From Gammaproteobacteria bacterium (GTDB lineage Bacteria; Pseudomonadota; Gammaproteobacteria; CBDBNL01; JAAOII01): a stretch of 64,000 nt of DNA. Positions 60,026 to 64,000 of the stretch are shown here, piece by piece. Made by a program: the position numbers and the translations under genes. The first letter of the stretch is position 1, and every line of letters starts with the position of its first letter. The notes below the pieces were generated by a model. It did not search any database and was not told where the DNA came from. It saw only the letters and a list, made by a program, of their open reading frames with translations. The stretch spans positions 1,984,001 to 2,048,000 of the forward strand of contig OZ242372.1 in the NCBI GenBank assembly GCA_965209035.1, written 5' to 3'.

Positions 60026-60202
60026 AAGTTTATCCGCTTAATTTACTATTGCAAAACAACATCAATATGAATTATTATAACCCGAGTCCGGAAACTTTTT
60101 GTTTTGATACTTTGAAAAAAGAAGCATCTCAATAAAAAACCGGGTAAGTAAGATGTGAAACAACATGCCCATTTTTTTGCCTTTCCTATAATATCTTTTA
60201 TT

Positions 60203-60294
60203 GGAGAGGTGGCTGAGCGGTTGAAAGCGGCTTCCTGCTAAGAAGTTATAGGGTCATTAAAGCTCTATCGAGGGTTCGAATCCCTCCCTCTCCG
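60203..60294 (+). tRNA. tRNA-Ser(GCT), CCA not encoded
   Basis: GGAGAGG/CCTCTCC acceptor, anticodon loop CTGCTAA, long variable arm, GTTCGAATC; TATAAT at 60187-60192. Confidence 0.93.
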
Positions 60295-60341
60295 TTGTGT
60301 TATTAATATGACGATGAAGCAAAAGCGATATATGTTCTGCG

Positions 60342-60418
60342 GCGCCCGTAGCTCAGTTGGATAGAGTGCTTGGCTACGAACCAAGAGGTCGGGAGTTCGA
60401 ATCTCTCCGGGCGCGCCA
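60342..60418 (+). tRNA. tRNA-Arg(ACG)
   Basis: GCGCCCG/CGGGCGC acceptor, CTTGG-CTACGAA-CCAAG, ends CCA. Confidence 0.96.
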
Positions 60419-60623
60419 TTTGAGGCGACAGACATTAGACATTGGCGGAATAAACCGGATAACAGATGTCACTTTTTGTTCTCAGGTTAAGAATCAAATC
60501 TTCCACTCGGAATTTCGATTTTGTGAATACGCATGCTTTGTAAGTTAATAATCGGCAAAAACCCGGATAAAAACACGAATACAAACACACCAAAAACAGA
60601 TGTACCGAAAATAAAAAAACAGC

Positions 60624-61808
60624 GTGAGACAAGATCATAAAAAACAAACCGCCCGGACGAATCGCCTTCTCCTCTTTTTGGAATACGAGAATGCCGTCTC
60701 TTCTCCGCCTGCCGAATTCAAGGCTTTGACGGCAACATTAGGTTACAAAAATATTCCTTCCGTCAGTTTCCGTGTCAGACAACCGCATGCGGGATACTTT
60801 CTCGGCGAAGGGCAGCTGCGACAATTGAAAACTTTTGTTACCGAGCATCGAATTAAGCAAGTGATTGTCAATATGGACTTAAGCGGCGGAAATCATCGGA
60901 ACCTAACAAATGAATTGAATGTCGAACTGCTGGATCGCACGGGTGTCATCTTGAAAATATTTTCACAACATGCGCGTTCCTATCAAAGCAAGTTACAGGT
61001 GGAACTGGCACAATTACACTATCAAAGCACGCATCTCGTGCGCGGCTGGACGCACTTGGAACGCCAACGGGGGGCAATCGGGCAAAGAGGGGGTCCCGGC
61101 GAGAAACAATTGGAAACGGACCGCAGACTGTTGCGCCGGCGAATAGGCACACTGAACACCAAACTGAAAAAAATCCGCAAGCAACGCCAACTGGGACAAA
61201 GAACGCGTAAAAAAAGCACGCGCCCGCTGATGGCACTGGTGGGTTATACCAATGCCGGTAAGAGCAGTTTGTTTAACCAAATGACCCGGGCGGATGCGGT
61301 TGCTTCGCCAAAATTGTTTGCAACATTGGATCCGCTCATTCGCAAGATGCGCGCCGATATGGGTAACTTTTTGGTGACAGACACTGTGGGTTTTATAGAC
61401 AACCTTTCGCCGATGTTGCTTGAATCATTTGCGGCAACTCTTGAAGAAATTGCTCATGCGGATGTTATTTTACATGTGGCGGACGTCACAGACCCGGACA
61501 TCCGAGAAAAAGAAAAGACAGTTACCGAGATGTTGCATTATCTGAACGCGGATTCTATCCCCTGTCTCAAGGTGTATAACAAAATAGACGCTTCGACAGA
61601 GCCTACGGATACCCGGGTGCTTTACGATTTTTATGGGACGCCCGTTAGTGCGCGTATTTCGGCTTCCACGGGAACGGGAGTGAGGACCCTTGCCACTCTG
61701 GCACAGGATCTCCTAATACAACACGACACACACCAAGAGACAATTTTGCAAAATGCACGAAAAAATCATCCGAGAGAGGGCGTTTCTTTGCGCGAAGAAT
61801 GGTTATAA
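60624..61808 (+). CDS. hflX: GTPase HflX
   Basis: QVELAQL, RGGPGEKQLETDRR, GYTNAGKS, LFATLDP, DTVGF, NKID. Confidence 0.95.
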   Translation: MRQDHKKQTARTNRLLLFLEYENAVSSPPAEFKALTATLGYKNIPSVSFRVRQPHAGYFLGEGQLRQLKTFVTEHRIKQVIVNMDLSGGNHRNLTNELNVELLDRTGVILKIFSQHARSYQSKLQVELAQLHYQSTHLVRGWTHLERQRGAIGQRGGPGEKQLETDRRLLRRRIGTLNTKLKKIRKQRQLGQRTRKKSTRPLMALVGYTNAGKSSLFNQMTRADAVASPKLFATLDPLIRKMRADMGNFLVTDTVGFIDNLSPMLLESFAATLEEIAHADVILHVADVTDPDIREKEKTVTEMLHYLNADSIPCLKVYNKIDASTEPTDTRVLYDFYGTPVSARISASTGTGVRTLATLAQDLLIQHDTHQETILQNARKNHPREGVSLREEWL

Positions 61809-61970
61809 TAAAACAAGTATGTTTTCTGCGAGAGGTCCTGTGTGTGTCGGAATTAAGATGAATGATGAATCGATTCTTTAAAAAATCTGTAAAGATTCTT
61901 TCCTTCCTTCATTTATTCCCTCGAAAAATCTTTTTTTAAGAATTTGTTGCCTTAAAATAACTATCAAAAT

Positions 61971-63260
61971 ATGACATTAATCCAAATGAACGAGCAGGAT
62001 CCCTGGAGCAACCCGAGATCACGCAAAGGTGCTTCAAAGTCTAACGATGAGGCGAAGCGCAAGGAGCAAGACAAAGAGAATCTCCCGGATTGGGCGCGTC
62101 CTTCCGATAAGAAACCGAGCGGGGGCTCCCGTCCTTCCCCTCCCAAAGGCTTAATAGAAGAACTTTTTAATTTATTCAAAAAGCAAATAGGCGATGATAC
62201 CGGCGGTAATAGTAATGGTAATGGTAATAAAGGCGGCAAGCAAAAAGGTTTTGGTTTCCGCAGTATTATCACGGGGGTCGGACTTGCCATAGCATTGATC
62301 TGGGGAGGTATGGGTTTTTATGCGGTGGACGAGCAAGAGCGAGGCGTTGTTTTGCGATTCGGCAAGTATGTTACTACATTGGGCCCCGGTCTGAGATGGC
62401 AACCCTACTTGATTGACAAGGTGATTGTCATTAATGTGACCCGAGTTCGCAGTTTCACGGCGCGCGGGATCATGCTCACCAAGAACGAAAATATCGTAGA
62501 CCTGACCGTAGAAGTGCAGTACGATATTGAGGATGCGCGCAGCTTTGCCTTGAGGGTGCGGGATCCGGAAATGAGCATTCGCCAAGGAACCGACAGTGCC
62601 ATGCGGCATGTGGTGGGTGGCACCAATTTGGATCAAGTCATTACGGAAGGGCGGGCAAAGGTGGCCGCCGATGTGCGAGAGCGTGTTCAGAATTATATCA
62701 GCGATTACGGCACAGGCATACATGTGGTCGGTGTGAATATTCAAAAAGCGGATCCGCCGCAAGAAGTCAAGCCGGCATTTGAAGACGCCATTAGTGCGCG
62801 CGAAGACGAAATTCGGTTTCGTAATCAAGCCGAAGCCTATGCCAAAGCAATTATCCCGCGTGCCAGAGGCGAAGCCCAGCGTGTTTTGGAAGACGGACGG
62901 GCATACAAGGAGCGGACGATTGCCCGTGCTCAGGGGGATGCCCAAAGATTTAACTTGGTATATCAGGCCTACGCCAAAGGTCCCGCTATCATGCGTCGCC
63001 GCCTGTATCTGGAAGCCATGGAAGAAATTCTTGCCAATACCGATAAAATATTAATTGATGTTAGCGGGAGTAATAATTTACTGTATTTGCCTTTGGATAA
63101 GTTCTTGCAAAGACCGAGCGCGACGGAGGGTTCTGCCGGTCGGGGTAATGACAATTCTCTTCCTCAAACCGGCAGTTTGAGCGAAAGCCAGTTATCTCGT
63201 GTCGTGGAGAGTGTTCTTAAACAAATAGACAGCGGGCGTATTCAACGCAACGGACGATGA
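61971..63260 (+). CDS. hflK: FtsH modulator HflK
   Basis: DPW, VVLRFGK, MLTKNENIV, ARGEA, RLYLEAME, LLYLPLD. Confidence 0.95.
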   Translation: MTLIQMNEQDPWSNPRSRKGASKSNDEAKRKEQDKENLPDWARPSDKKPSGGSRPSPPKGLIEELFNLFKKQIGDDTGGNSNGNGNKGGKQKGFGFRSIITGVGLAIALIWGGMGFYAVDEQERGVVLRFGKYVTTLGPGLRWQPYLIDKVIVINVTRVRSFTARGIMLTKNENIVDLTVEVQYDIEDARSFALRVRDPEMSIRQGTDSAMRHVVGGTNLDQVITEGRAKVAADVRERVQNYISDYGTGIHVVGVNIQKADPPQEVKPAFEDAISAREDEIRFRNQAEAYAKAIIPRARGEAQRVLEDGRAYKERTIARAQGDAQRFNLVYQAYAKGPAIMRRRLYLEAMEEILANTDKILIDVSGSNNLLYLPLDKFLQRPSATEGSAGRGNDNSLPQTGSLSESQLSRVVESVLKQIDSGRIQRNGR

Positions 63261-64000
63261 AGAAGTTAACCGGGTTGCCTTTTTTAGTTTTTGGCATGAT
63301 TGTGTTTTACCTGGCTTCCCAGAGCATTTATGTTGTGGACGAGCGGCAAAAGGCGGTGCTGCTGCGATTTGGCGAACTGATTAAAGCCGATACACAGCCG
63401 GGCATTCACTTTAAACTTCCTATCGTATTTACCATTAAGCGGTTTGATTCTCGGGTGCAGACTCTGGATAGCCCCGAATCGGAATATCTCACCTCGGAGA
63501 AAAAGCAACTCTTGGTAGATTCTTATGCGAAGTGGAAGATTGACGATGTCGCAAAATTTTATCGTGCCACCAATGGCGACGAATTAAAAGTCCGCAGACT
63601 GTTGTTCGCCCGTGTGGACAACGGTCTCCGCAATGAGTTTGGCAACCGCACTGTCAACGAAGTGGTGTCCGGCCAACGTGATCAACTGATGACAAGAATT
63701 AGTTCCAGGCTGGATGGTATTGCCCGAGAAGAACTTGGCATAGAAATTGTGGATATTCGGGTGATGAAAATTAACCTGCCCGATAATGTCAGCAATAGTG
63801 TTTACGCACGCATGACAACCGAACGCGAACGAATCGCGCAAGAATTGCGGTCGCGCGGTCGCGAGGTTGCCGAAGGAATGCGGGCCGAGGCCGACAAAGA
63901 GCGTGTCATCATATTGGCAAATGCTTACCGGGAATCCGAAACCCTGCGCGGTGAGGGCGACAATCAGGCGGCGGATATTTACGCCGGTGCTATTTCCAAG
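63257..64000 (+). CDS. hflC: FtsH modulator HflC, truncated by window edge
   Basis: Hand translation from ATG 63257: VDERQKAVLLRFGE..PGIHFKLP..FDSRVQTLD..YLTSEKK..RMTTERERIA. Confidence 0.93.
   Translation, partial: MKKLTGLPFLVFGMIVFYLASQSIYVVDERQKAVLLRFGELIKADTQPGIHFKLPIVFTIKRFDSRVQTLDSPESEYLTSEKKQLLVDSYAKWKIDDVAKFYRATNGDELKVRRLLFARVDNGLRNEFGNRTVNEVVSGQRDQLMTRISSRLDGIAREELGIEIVDIRVMKINLPDNVSNSVYARMTTERERIAQELRSRGREVAEGMRAEADKERVIILANAYRESETLRGEGDNQAADIYAGAISK

Noticed and set aside
60419-60623. hfq remnant upstream of hflX
   Set aside because: No frame resembling the Hfq Sm motifs (LQDPFL, YKHAIST) was seen.

Overview
Chromosomal segment of a gammaproteobacterium, inferred from the tyrA-aroA fusion, amgK, dciA, secB and hflXKC. 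It is probably host-associated and rearranged: canonical operons are broken up, IS relics are common, and it encodes lipoproteins with eukaryote-like thrombospondin repeats. Housekeeping content includes a troABCD-mntR Mn/Zn uptake operon, pheA-tyrA/aroA-cmk-rpsA-lapA, accA, miaA, secB, grxD, trpB, pfp, metE/metF, leuC, valS, hemA-prfA, argD, hflXKC and four tRNAs. An accessory block after tRNA-His (15.2-22.9 kb) holds cytochrome b562, a pentapeptide-repeat membrane protein, two tandem TSP3/GLUG lipoproteins and a third copy truncated by an IS end. Other accessory content: one intact IS481-family element with a 5-bp TSD, a decayed IS30, a surface-polysaccharide cluster and a Dam-like methylase at the left edge. 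Most notable observations: (1) a decayed methyltransferase cassette between prfA and dciA, bounded by a perfect 26-bp direct repeat and a degenerate second copy of the prfA GGQ-coding region, resembling a relic island at prfA; (2) dispersed solo IS481 end motifs in intergenic and promoter regions; (3) pervasive short tandem micro-duplications, frame-preserving inside genes; (4) an intact secreted transglutaminase-like protein lacking its catalytic Cys and His. No CRISPR array, reverse transcriptase, integrase or phage structural genes were seen. All alignments were done by eye; no searches were run.
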